Source: a virus (lineage: Duplodnaviria > Caudoviricetes). Taken from it: 51,311 nucleotides of DNA. A model generated the notes under the pieces. It did not search any database, was not told the origin of the DNA, and saw nothing but the letters and a program-made list of their open reading frames with translations. The stretch covers positions 1-51,311 of IMG/VR virus record IMGVR_UViG_3300027861_000004; one strand, given 5' to 3'. Numbering within the stretch: the stretch's first letter is position 1; each line of letters begins with the position of its first letter. Below, in pieces: positions 42,996 to 51,311 of the stretch. Made by a program: the position numbers and the translations under genes.

Positions 42996-45140
42996 TTATT
43001 TAGTTTTGCTCGAGGTCTTTGCCTTCGAGTCTACGGGTTTCGATTTTTTAATAAGTAATTGCGGGATAGTATTCCCACGTTTAAATGCTTCAAGTTCTGT
43101 TTCTTTCTGTGCGGCCATCAAAGCATTATGTTGGATAATCTGTTTATGTTCTTCGACATGAACAACCATTGCCTGCACTAATAATTGCAAGGCAGGGTTT
43201 CCTGACGATTGTAACTCCCAGAACTTATCCATCATATAATCACCATGAACCATGATATGTATATGATTGTTGTCAAATGCGTTAGGATGCGACATGAATA
43301 CAAACTGCTCAAGCATCATCTGTACGCCAGCCTCGTCTAAGCCCGGAGGTATAGGAGGCATTTCCATAGCAATCTTTTCGGCGTTAATGAATTCCTTCTG
43401 AGCAAAGTCAATCTGCTTAGCGTCTTTCTTGAGTAAGGCTTCAATGTTACCAAAGTCCATCTGACGCATGACATAAGCCCTAACCTGTGGATCGTTAGGA
43501 TTGCCCAGTATACCGGACTGCCATGCCTCAGATGCTTTCTGTGATTCGATCGCTCTGGTCAAAGGTAAAGAAGATCCTGCTCGAACAATGACATTGTATT
43601 TACCATTCAATTCAGCAGTATTGACCTTCTCTATTGCCCAAGAGTTATCCTTACCCATGATAGGGATTGATCTTTCGCCATAGTTTTGTATGGAAAGCGA
43701 TAAGAGCTGATGTACGACTCTCTCGTCGTCTTCGTCCAGATCCTTAACCATTGGTCCCATTTGAGTAAAGTCGGCCTCCTGTAGCAACTGAAGCCCTCTT
43801 CCGGACTCAATTCCAGGAGGTGCTTGCCCTCTTGATGGACCGTGGAAAGCGAATATCTCATCGATACCCATCTTAACCTCAGCTAAGTGAGAAAAGATGC
43901 CGTTTGGAAGCGGAACGCCAGACGCACGTGTGGGTTTCATTATCCCATCGTATTCAACAACATTAGCGTTTGTATTGTCTATCTGCGACCATGCAAGATT
44001 AGAATCCCTTGACGCCATGAAGATACTGTTATACATCGCGTCAGCATGATCTTTCATGCAACTGCGAAGCTCATTATATTCACGTTGCAAAGGACGAGCC
44101 TGACTGATACGAGAGATGCCTTGTGGAGTAATACCCTTTAGCGACAAAGGAGCAGACGCAATAAATGGAACTAAACCGTGTGGGTATTGCTCAATAGGAT
44201 AAGGCTGATTAGTAACAACAAGACCATTGACCTTTACAGCGTAAACGCCTTCAGGAAACATGTCGTCACGTTCATGCCATAATTCTCTGTACTCTACAAT
44301 ATTGTCGTATGGAATCATTTTGTTTCTGTCAACTCCGTCAGTCTTCTCGGGGATAACAGTAGGAGCGATATCCTCAGCGAGCTTAGCAAAGTCACGCAAG
44401 ATACCAAGCTCAAAATCATTATCCATGTTTGCAACAGATTCGTTGTTGACAGCATAGACTTTCTGTGCTGCCTCAACTCCAAACCTGCTCACAACCTCGC
44501 CAAGAGTGATACGCTTTGCATGGATAATCCATTTTTGCCTTTTGTAGTTTTTGTTTCGATGGTCAAAGATGATCTCGTTATTACCAACAGTTTCAACAAT
44601 AGCTTCACCGTTCCATAACAACGCACCTTCTTCCATCCCAGTCTGATGACCCGGCTGGTCTTGCATTGGGTTTGTACCTGCAACAGAATGCTTGCCATCC
44701 CAAAAAACCTTTCGCCAGGCAATGCCGGCAAGATCGTACCAAAGAACAACCCCGCTGCGGCCTAAGTCTTTACCGTTAATCCTTTGGAGGTAAGGCATGA
44801 ATCGCTGACCCATCAAAGCAGTAGCTTTATCGTCTTCGTCTGTACCTGCAGGAACAACATCGATCGTTGGGTTTGTTTTTGTGGCAACGGCTATGTCATT
44901 GACTACGGCTGGTAGAATTCGATTGCTGACAACTTGTGTTTCGTAAGGACTTGGCAATGGATGTATCTGACCACCTAATACAAAGATGTTCTGATGCCCA
45001 CACAAATATGCAATATTAGCTTTAATGCTTAACTGTGCTGCTTTCCAGTATGGCTTGAAGTCTCTTTCTCTCTGAGTCATAAAGTCAGAGATAGCCTTAT
45101 CTTCAGGAGACTGATTTACATTGTTAATGTCTTCGCTCAT
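42996..45140 (-). CDS. Portal protein (P22-like)
   Basis: 714 aa; YL.GHQ, NRI.P.V, V.PAG.DE.D..TA, I.PLQREYN, RGQ.P.G..SG..L..LQE.D. Confidence 0.9.
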   Translation of the reverse strand: MSEDINNVNQSPEDKAISDFMTQRERDFKPYWKAAQLSIKANIAYLCGHQNIFVLGGQIHPLPSPYETQVVSNRILPAVVNDIAVATKTNPTIDVVPAGTDEDDKATALMGQRFMPYLQRINGKDLGRSGVVLWYDLAGIAWRKVFWDGKHSVAGTNPMQDQPGHQTGMEEGALLWNGEAIVETVGNNEIIFDHRNKNYKRQKWIIHAKRITLGEVVSRFGVEAAQKVYAVNNESVANMDNDFELGILRDFAKLAEDIAPTVIPEKTDGVDRNKMIPYDNIVEYRELWHERDDMFPEGVYAVKVNGLVVTNQPYPIEQYPHGLVPFIASAPLSLKGITPQGISRISQARPLQREYNELRSCMKDHADAMYNSIFMASRDSNLAWSQIDNTNANVVEYDGIMKPTRASGVPLPNGIFSHLAEVKMGIDEIFAFHGPSRGQAPPGIESGRGLQLLQEADFTQMGPMVKDLDEDDERVVHQLLSLSIQNYGERSIPIMGKDNSWAIEKVNTAELNGKYNVIVRAGSSLPLTRAIESQKASEAWQSGILGNPNDPQVRAYVMRQMDFGNIEALLKKDAKQIDFAQKEFINAEKIAMEMPPIPPGLDEAGVQMMLEQFVFMSHPNAFDNNHIHIMVHGDYMMDKFWELQSSGNPALQLLVQAMVVHVEEHKQIIQHNALMAAQKETELEAFKRGNTIPQLLIKKSKPVDSKAKTSSKTK

Positions 45141-45394
45141 TATAATTGTCCTTTTCCGACGATTCCTTTTTCACCATTGACCCGGACTGCCATCTTGCAT
45201 TTGCATACAACCGACATATCAAATCCGCATACCTGCATACCTTTGTGATAAAACTCAAGGATATAAACATCCTCGTTATCCTGAGTGATCAATACTCTCT
45301 TACAAAGCAATCGACCACACTTAGGACAAAGGCACTTGATCCATTTCGGCTTAGAGGATAGTCCCGTCTTTGATTTCACTGGGGTCAAAGGCAT
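45140..45394 (-). CDS. Zinc-ribbon (Com-like) protein
   Basis: CPKCGRLL...CKCK; TAATG coupling on both sides. Confidence 0.7.
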   Translation of the reverse strand: MPLTPVKSKTGLSSKPKWIKCLCPKCGRLLCKRVLITQDNEDVYILEFYHKGMQVCGFDMSVVCKCKMAVRVNGEKGIVGKGQL

Positions 45395-45861
45395 TAGGCT
45401 TGTTCTCCGTCGGTTCGTCCGGGTTCAGTTCGATCTTCTTCACTGTCTTCTTCTTCGGCAATAGAGTCATCGGCGGCATCATCTTCGCCATCTCCATTTC
45501 CACTATCGTCATCTTCTTCAACATCGACGGGTGTTTCTGTTTCATCCGTAACCAGCACTTCAGAAAGAATTGGTTTGTCTCCATCTTTGGTTTCCTGTGA
45601 TTTAATATTTATTGGTAATGGGTTAGGCTCTTCGCTCAAGCTGCCTAAATTCAATAGGCTTAATGCTTCATCTGAGCAATCGACGTCCAGTTTAAACTCT
45701 GCATCAGCAAACTCAATAAAGCATTCATGGCAAACTCGAATAGTTCTTTTCTTTGGAGAATGAACCTTAATAACAAAACATTCTTTTTTGCCCTCGCAAC
45801 AATCACATACGTGCCGTATTGAGCGAAAAGCAGTATAGCGTCTTCCATCTGAGGTTTTCAT
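45394..45861 (-). CDS. Zinc-finger protein with acidic tail
   Basis: CDCC...VCHEC; GAAAGGA SD. Confidence 0.7.
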   Translation of the reverse strand: MKTSDGRRYTAFRSIRHVCDCCEGKKECFVIKVHSPKKRTIRVCHECFIEFADAEFKLDVDCSDEALSLLNLGSLSEEPNPLPINIKSQETKDGDKPILSEVLVTDETETPVDVEEDDDSGNGDGEDDAADDSIAEEEDSEEDRTEPGRTDGEQA

Positions 45862-45872
45862 AATGTTCCTTT

Positions 45873-46619
45873 CTAAGCGATTTTAATATTATCTTTTCTC
45901 ATGTTATTTGTCATTTTACTGAAAATCTGATTGTTGAATCTGTCCATCATGGCACGCTGCTGTAACTGATCGTCACTTAATGTCTGCTTCACTGATGTAA
46001 CAATAGCACGTTGAGGATATAAAATGCAACCATGCAAAGCAAGCATAGATGAAATAACAGAGTCATCATTGAACCCAGATGGAGCACCTGTCTTAGAACG
46101 ATCTTCAAGATACACGAATTGACCAAGCTCTGTCAATGTAATTTCGCATACAATTTCAATAGTCTTATCAATCAATGCTTTTTCCATCTGACGTATAAGC
46201 ATCCACTTCGTTGCTTCTAATGTATAAAATCCGAACTTAGTAGAAATGTCAGGATCTTCACTTAAATGTTGTTCGCCTTGATAAAGCCTTGGGTATTTAT
46301 AAGTAACAATAAGCCCGTCAATAAGAGCAGACCCACAATGATTTGCCTCTGGGACTATCAAAGCGTTATTATAAAACCTCCCAAGGCGATCAGCGTAATC
46401 AGTAGCTTTTGTTATTCCTATCTTCGCACGTAAATGAGCAACCTGCCTAAACTTAGGAAGTCTGCAGTTGTACACACTCATAGATGTGTAGTCAGTAGAA
46501 AGACCAGTTGCAGTATCAATGCCCACTACGTACTTTTCCCCAGGTATCGGGTGTTCCCATACGGAAAACAGTCCGGACTGAGTTGGTACGAATTTAGGTA
46601 TTGAGTTTTTTCTACTCAT
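45873..46619 (-). CDS. terL: Terminase large subunit RNase H-like nuclease domain (separate gene)
   Basis: GLFSVWEHP.PG.KYVVGIDTATG, YNNALIVPEAN, KFGFYT...K, GFNDDSVIS. Confidence 0.92.
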   Translation of the reverse strand: MSRKNSIPKFVPTQSGLFSVWEHPIPGEKYVVGIDTATGLSTDYTSMSVYNCRLPKFRQVAHLRAKIGITKATDYADRLGRFYNNALIVPEANHCGSALIDGLIVTYKYPRLYQGEQHLSEDPDISTKFGFYTLEATKWMLIRQMEKALIDKTIEIVCEITLTELGQFVYLEDRSKTGAPSGFNDDSVISSMLALHGCILYPQRAIVTSVKQTLSDDQLQQRAMMDRFNNQIFSKMTNNMRKDNIKIA

Positions 46620-46649
46620 TGTAACTTGCCTTATCTTGCTATGTTATAT

Positions 46650-48923
46650 TTATTTGCCTTGTACGAAAAAGCCGCCTTTATTGATAGATACGGGAAGTTC
46701 GCCAGAGATAGGGTTTCCAATTTCTATTTCGCTTATCTCCTTGCCGTCAATAGTAAAAGTGAACGGTCCATTTTCCTGAATCGTTTCGTCCGAGCCAGTC
46801 AAGAAGAACTCTCTGTTTGTTATCCGCTGTTCGGGTACTGCTCCCTTTTCAGGGAAAGAGTAAGTTGTATCACTTACGTCAACGATGATACATTTCAGCT
46901 TAAAGTCTTCTGCTAGGTATGTTACAATTATTTTACCGTCGCTGTTAGCAACTACTGATACTTGAACGTGATTAAAATTATAATCCAGAGGAGCTTCGAC
47001 TAATGTGAAAATAGCACTCCATGCACCAGCAGCTTCACGTTTCTTCATATAGATTCTGTCATTACTTGCCCAGATAACGTAAATATAGTTTGTGTCAGGA
47101 TCTATAGAAATAGTCGGATTGGTTGTCTCAAAGTCGGTATAAGCAGAAGTTGCCAACAACACTTCGTCAACGTCCCACGAGCCTCCAGGTGCAGCAATTC
47201 TATTTCTAAAATAAATATCACCAAGTGTGTCCATGTAAGCAATGAAGATTCCTTGAGAACCGTTACTTGCGACTCCTATGGTTGCTATTTCTGCATTGTA
47301 GACTTGACAATAGCACTCTCTTAGCGTCACAGTCTCGTTACCTAACATTGTATCTATGCTTTCGTCAAAGAGATTGCCGAGTAGTTGTGAATTTATACCC
47401 CATGAATGACGAACAAAATAAACGTCACCACCTACAAGAGGTACAACCTTTTGAGCTGTATTTTTGCCTCCAATCTGCGAGAAATCATACTCTATGCCAG
47501 TTCCCCAAGTCCCATTGCTATACTGACCTCTATACGCTCCATGTGTAGGACCATCGCCAGCCACACCTATCCACGGATACCCACTAGTGTCAACGCACAT
47601 CCCACTATCAGAGAACACGCTCTGGTTAGATTCTGCGGACGCCCAAGTGATAGTGCTATCAGAGTTTGGCACACCTCTGCGATACCATACGCCAGTAATA
47701 TAATGGACATTAGTCCCATCAAACCATAAAGACCAACCAGCATCACTAAGAGTAGAAGTATATGATGTAGGAATATCAATAACGTCAGACCAAATTTTAC
47801 CGTCCGCTGAAGTCCTATAGCTGAGATATGTTGTAGTGGCATCTGCGTGCCTCACAAACCACACCCAGTACAAGCCAGCTGCATAATAACTATTCGTTTG
47901 ATTAGTAGGTATTCTGGCCGAAAAATATGGCTCTCTATCAACGCCATAAGCCAACTTTGCTGTGTCATTGACCGTAAGTTCATAAGGACTTGTTTCGGTT
48001 GAGAACACCTCTACTCCAGCGGCGTCCTTGCAGATGACAGGAACATTACCCCTTGGATTACCAGCGGAATCTACAACTTTTGTGTTGAACGTGTAGATTT
48101 CGTTTGTGCGTGAGTCGCCAGTTGACTCTGCACCATGCTGAATTGTGAGGACTTTAGCCACTTTATATTTAGGGTCAACAACACTAAATTCGTGGTCAGT
48201 ATTTGTATCGTTATTACACGATATAGCATAACTACCTCTTCTTGCTGTTGAAGAAATACCTGCGGCAGTTATATCTGCACCATACCCTCTGACGCCACTA
48301 GCAACTCTGTTGATTTTTAAATCTTTACAGAAGATAGGGTCTGTCCGAAATTCAACTGTTAATAAATTTGCACACTCGAAGTCGTTGATATATGCAGTAA
48401 TGGTAGTATAAAAATACAATCTCTGTTGGCTTAAATTATCGCCATCATCATATCGCCTGCCGGTAAATTTACTGCTCCTAATCTTAACCACACCTTTATC
48501 AAAGAATATTCTGCGATTATTCCTAAGGTAGATAGTTGAGCCATACCAGTTAAACCTTGCCCCTATAGCATTCACAATACCGAGTGGTGTTGTTGACGGG
48601 GCAATCGACCAATAAGAGCCATCAAAACCCTGAACGTCAAGTGCTGTGCCCATCTGCATTGTCGCCGCCGCTTTGACTGTTAGGTCTTTATCGTCTTCCA
48701 TATAGACAAACTCACGCTTAGTCTGGAAGAAGGTTTCTGTTGTGCCGTCGCCGATCTGAATATCAGCGTCAACTGTATAGTTTGCAGATTCCTCAGTCTC
48801 AGTTACAACGTTCCATGTGCCCAAGACATCTGCGTCGTGCATTGCCGCCATATCAGCAGGGTCATCAGGCGTGCCACCTGTTACTGTTATTTTACCGCCT
48901 GCATATGCATATGTACCTGCCAT
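46650..48923 (-). CDS. Putative virion surface/receptor-binding protein: beta-helix + Ig-like domain with inserted BNR/sialidase-like propeller
   Basis: KVVDSAGNP.GNVPV.CKD..G.EVF Ig strand set; YRTSADGKIWS Asp-box; repeated blade motifs. Confidence 0.6.
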   Translation of the reverse strand: MAGTYAYAGGKITVTGGTPDDPADMAAMHDADVLGTWNVVTETEESANYTVDADIQIGDGTTETFFQTKREFVYMEDDKDLTVKAAATMQMGTALDVQGFDGSYWSIAPSTTPLGIVNAIGARFNWYGSTIYLRNNRRIFFDKGVVKIRSSKFTGRRYDDGDNLSQQRLYFYTTITAYINDFECANLLTVEFRTDPIFCKDLKINRVASGVRGYGADITAAGISSTARRGSYAISCNNDTNTDHEFSVVDPKYKVAKVLTIQHGAESTGDSRTNEIYTFNTKVVDSAGNPRGNVPVICKDAAGVEVFSTETSPYELTVNDTAKLAYGVDREPYFSARIPTNQTNSYYAAGLYWVWFVRHADATTTYLSYRTSADGKIWSDVIDIPTSYTSTLSDAGWSLWFDGTNVHYITGVWYRRGVPNSDSTITWASAESNQSVFSDSGMCVDTSGYPWIGVAGDGPTHGAYRGQYSNGTWGTGIEYDFSQIGGKNTAQKVVPLVGGDVYFVRHSWGINSQLLGNLFDESIDTMLGNETVTLRECYCQVYNAEIATIGVASNGSQGIFIAYMDTLGDIYFRNRIAAPGGSWDVDEVLLATSAYTDFETTNPTISIDPDTNYIYVIWASNDRIYMKKREAAGAWSAIFTLVEAPLDYNFNHVQVSVVANSDGKIIVTYLAEDFKLKCIIVDVSDTTYSFPEKGAVPEQRITNREFFLTGSDETIQENGPFTFTIDGKEISEIEIGNPISGELPVSINKGGFFVQGK

Positions 48924-48955
48924 GTTATAGCTCCACTATCGTCGTCTGTGTCGTT

Positions 48956-49111
48956 TTAATTGTCAGTATTTTGCTGTCGAGCATTTGCGATCTCTTCCAT
49001 CAAACCATTAAATTCTGTTACTTTCTCGTTGAGAATTTTTTTTGATTCTGAAATCTCAATATTCAAGTCGGTTGCTCTTATCTTTTTTTTGTCTAATTCC
49101 TGTTCGGTCAT
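48956..49111 (-). CDS. Small coiled-coil protein (51 aa, MTEQELDKKK...)
   Basis: Hand-translated; fills the intergenic gap. Confidence 0.55.
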   Translation of the reverse strand: MTEQELDKKKIRATDLNIEISESKKILNEKVTEFNGLMEEIANARQQNTDN

Positions 49112-49129
49112 TTTCTTGCTTTCTATTTA

Positions 49130-50746
49130 TTAACTTAATGTGTGTTCTGCGTTACCATAGTAAGCGTGAAGCCCATCGCTTTCCATCCATATCATTCCGT
49201 TTTCTGGGTCGCTCGGAATCGCTGCGAGGTATGGTAACTTAACAACCCCGTCGCCTCTTATCTCCATCCCATCGTCTTTTGATGCTCTTATCTTGAAATA
49301 GTCTTCTATGGGAGGCTGAACTAAAGCGTTACGGGTTCTCTGTATTGCAATGTAGTATGCTTCTATAATGGCATTGCCATCCATGTCTTCGTCGTCTTCT
49401 GTCCAGTCAGCAGGTGCAGTGAAATTGAACTGCCCGTTCTCTCTCATACCGCCTGTAGTATCAACGACCGTTAGTGCTGTCCAGTTACCGCCAGATTTAG
49501 AGTAAAAGAACTGCAAAATCGCATCTTGGTTCGCACCCGTGTCAAGTGCAACGTCAACAATCTCGAATTTCTCGTCTGAGCCTATGAGAATATAATCGTC
49601 GTCATTGTCCATTATCGTTAAGTCAGAGCCACTACTTGACAAGAACGCTGTGGTGTCGGCAGTCCCTCCGTTTACCCTATCACCTGACAAACCTGACGTA
49701 TTCTCATATCCATATCCAGGGTCAACAGCAGAAGCACCATACACTTGAAAAGCCTTGCTGAATCCTGCGAGTGCCAAGAATGCCTTTGTGGTTGCATTGC
49801 TCCCATCTTCAACGCCAGCGATATAACATGGGACTGAGGTTGATGCGTCTGCATTCGTGGCCTCTGATACATCAACATGAGTATAGATGCCCGCTACAGA
49901 TTCACCTACTCCCAAGTCGCCTGACTTTATATGTACTTCCTGTCCTACAATGTTATTGTGCCCTTCGCATTCTACTCCAACGTATATCCCACGCTGATTG
50001 TTTGCGGCAGAATTGAACTCAAATTCAGCTAACTTCCCGCCTGCAAAGTCATAACCGACAACTTCAAACTCGCCTGCACTTCCACACGAAAATTCATGTT
50101 TATAACCATCGCCCGTTATAAAACTGGGATGCTGCGATACAAAATAATTGCCCGGCGATACGCCTGAGTTTATATCTTCCGTCCATCCCATTCCATCGAC
50201 AATAGCAGTCTCGGTGTCTATCACTAGCTTTATCTCACAGACTGAATTGATTTTCGCTCCGGTAGTGAATACTATCCAATCACCAATGTTTTCTGAAGTG
50301 AAGTTCGCACCGGAAGTTTTAGTGAACATATTTTCGTATGTGCCGCCAGTGTGGTCGTACCAGCCTTCACCTGCTTGAACAATACTATCAGTCCCAAACG
50401 CCAGCGAAACGATAGACGCTCCAAACTCAGGTGATAGCGTCCTTATGCCTCGGTTTCCGATAATATGTCCGTCAGCCTCTAATGTTCCTGTGCCAAGAAA
50501 CTCGTAGCCTTGGTTATCGACAGCGTTGCCAAAGACGATCTTATTCGTGCCACCATTCATTATAAGCCAGTCGTTTGCGGCGTCTCTGAAGCTAAAGGCA
50601 GTAGTTCCGCTTATTATGACTGCCTTTGGACCGTCACTTGTATCGAGGATATACTCGCCAACGTCTGACCCTAACCATGTACCGGAGTCCATTAGCTGCC
50701 ATGGAGTGCTTAGAGCATTATTGTTATCACTGAATTTTTGTCCCAT
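49130..50746 (-). CDS. Putative virion surface/fibre protein
   Basis: Acidic, Gly/Thr-rich beta sequence; C-terminal PSDPENGMIW....LHAY fibre-type motif. Confidence 0.6.
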   Translation of the reverse strand: MGQKFSDNNNALSTPWQLMDSGTWLGSDVGEYILDTSDGPKAVIISGTTAFSFRDAANDWLIMNGGTNKIVFGNAVDNQGYEFLGTGTLEADGHIIGNRGIRTLSPEFGASIVSLAFGTDSIVQAGEGWYDHTGGTYENMFTKTSGANFTSENIGDWIVFTTGAKINSVCEIKLVIDTETAIVDGMGWTEDINSGVSPGNYFVSQHPSFITGDGYKHEFSCGSAGEFEVVGYDFAGGKLAEFEFNSAANNQRGIYVGVECEGHNNIVGQEVHIKSGDLGVGESVAGIYTHVDVSEATNADASTSVPCYIAGVEDGSNATTKAFLALAGFSKAFQVYGASAVDPGYGYENTSGLSGDRVNGGTADTTAFLSSSGSDLTIMDNDDDYILIGSDEKFEIVDVALDTGANQDAILQFFYSKSGGNWTALTVVDTTGGMRENGQFNFTAPADWTEDDEDMDGNAIIEAYYIAIQRTRNALVQPPIEDYFKIRASKDDGMEIRGDGVVKLPYLAAIPSDPENGMIWMESDGLHAYYGNAEHTLS

Positions 50747-50763
50747 GATAAATCTCGCTTAAA

Positions 50764-51048
50764 TTATAGTTCAGTTCTATAACGTGGAACGTACCTGATC
50801 TGAACAGCACTGGCGATAGTTAAGTTTAAAATCTGTCCTTTAATCATACGCAAGGTTTCACCATCGAAACTTTCTTTGCTACCTGATGTTATCGTCCAGT
50901 AATTAACTGCATCACCTTCAACATACATTGTGACATCACCACCAACTGCATGTATCGCCCACGATATACAGTTTGATGGGACGGTGTATGCTTTAGGACT
51001 AACGCCAACAGCGTAATTCTCAATAACCATTCTTATTTTTGCCATCAT
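50764..51048 (-). CDS. Small beta-sandwich virion accessory protein (putative)
   Basis: AAAGGA SD; first gene of the block inside terL. Confidence 0.6.
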   Translation of the reverse strand: MMAKIRMVIENYAVGVSPKAYTVPSNCISWAIHAVGGDVTMYVEGDAVNYWTITSGSKESFDGETLRMIKGQILNLTIASAVQIRYVPRYRTEL

Positions 51049-51066
51049 ACTTCCTTTGATTTAATT

Positions 51067-51311
51067 TTATGCTGCTTCCATTGTTATAGTCCCAATTTCA
51101 GGGTAGTTCTTATCAGCCTTAACTCTATCCAGCATTTTTCTTATCTCGCTGCCAGGGAATACAGGATTACCACCAAACGTCATGTATTTACCATTGATAC
51201 GTACATCAATTTCGTCAGCAGTTAATGTCAAAGCTAACTCCTCGATCTCTTCCATCGGAATATATGGGTTTTCTTTCATGCCTCCATATGTCGTATATGT
51301 AGGTTTCTCCG
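51067..51311 (-). CDS. terL: Terminase large subunit ATPase domain, 3' end
   Basis: ENPYIP.EEI...EIDVRINGKY....NPVF is the typical end of a TerL ATPase; in frame with 1-770 across the circular junction; stops at TAA 51067. Confidence 0.9.
   Translation of the reverse strand, partial: EKPTYTTYGGMKENPYIPMEEIEELALTLTADEIDVRINGKYMTFGGNPVFPGSEIRKMLDRVKADKNYPEIGTITMEAA
51185..51311. repeat. Terminal direct repeat, right copy
   Basis: Identical to 1-127. Confidence 0.95.

Noticed and set aside
23643-50762. Numerous plus-strand and nested ORFs in the late region
   Set aside because: Shadows of long minus-strand genes, lacking RBS or motifs; no evidence of stop-codon reassignment either.
46620-51066. 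Group I/II intron or intein in terL
   Set aside because: The interval is filled by structural-type ORFs with little room for a ribozyme core; no homing endonuclease, RT or intein motifs.
46642-51088. TATAACA at three gene borders (46642-46648, 48923-48929, 51082-51088) as recombination sites
   Set aside because: An AT-rich 7-mer is expected several times by chance, and joins at these sites give a stop or frameshift; no recombinase found.

Overview
The window is an apparently complete, circularly permuted ~51.2 kb tailed-phage genome. Bases 51185-51311 repeat 1-127 exactly (assembler overlap), giving a 51,184 bp circle. All credible genes lie on the minus strand. In transcription order the modules are: (1) TerS, a TerL ATPase crossing the origin, a 4.4 kb block of putative virion-surface genes, a separately encoded TerL nuclease, then portal, scaffold, capsid, adaptors, nozzle, tail fibre, ejection proteins and a 2269-aa polyvalent protein (podovirus-like, no tape measure); (2) small early genes separated by repeated hairpins; (3) DUF4326, a macro domain and a nucleotidyltransferase; (4) a ~545-nt structured non-coding block containing a tRNA mimic; (5) a solo Cas7/RAMP-like gene followed by a ~645-nt array with 5-nt periodicity; (6) DUF932, exonuclease, ERF, NinB, an initiator, DnaB, ParB, RusA, YopX and a Tad1-like anti-defence sponge. 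No integrase, CI-type repressor, DNA polymerase or endolysin was recognised. The strongest observations are the RAMP gene plus pentamer array (candidate non-CRISPR RNA-guided system), a tRNA-shaped RNA whose anticodon arm is antisense to a predicted attenuator upstream of the replication genes, and a terminase split by a multi-gene insertion bounded by a 6-bp direct repeat. All family calls come from motif recognition by eye, not database searches.
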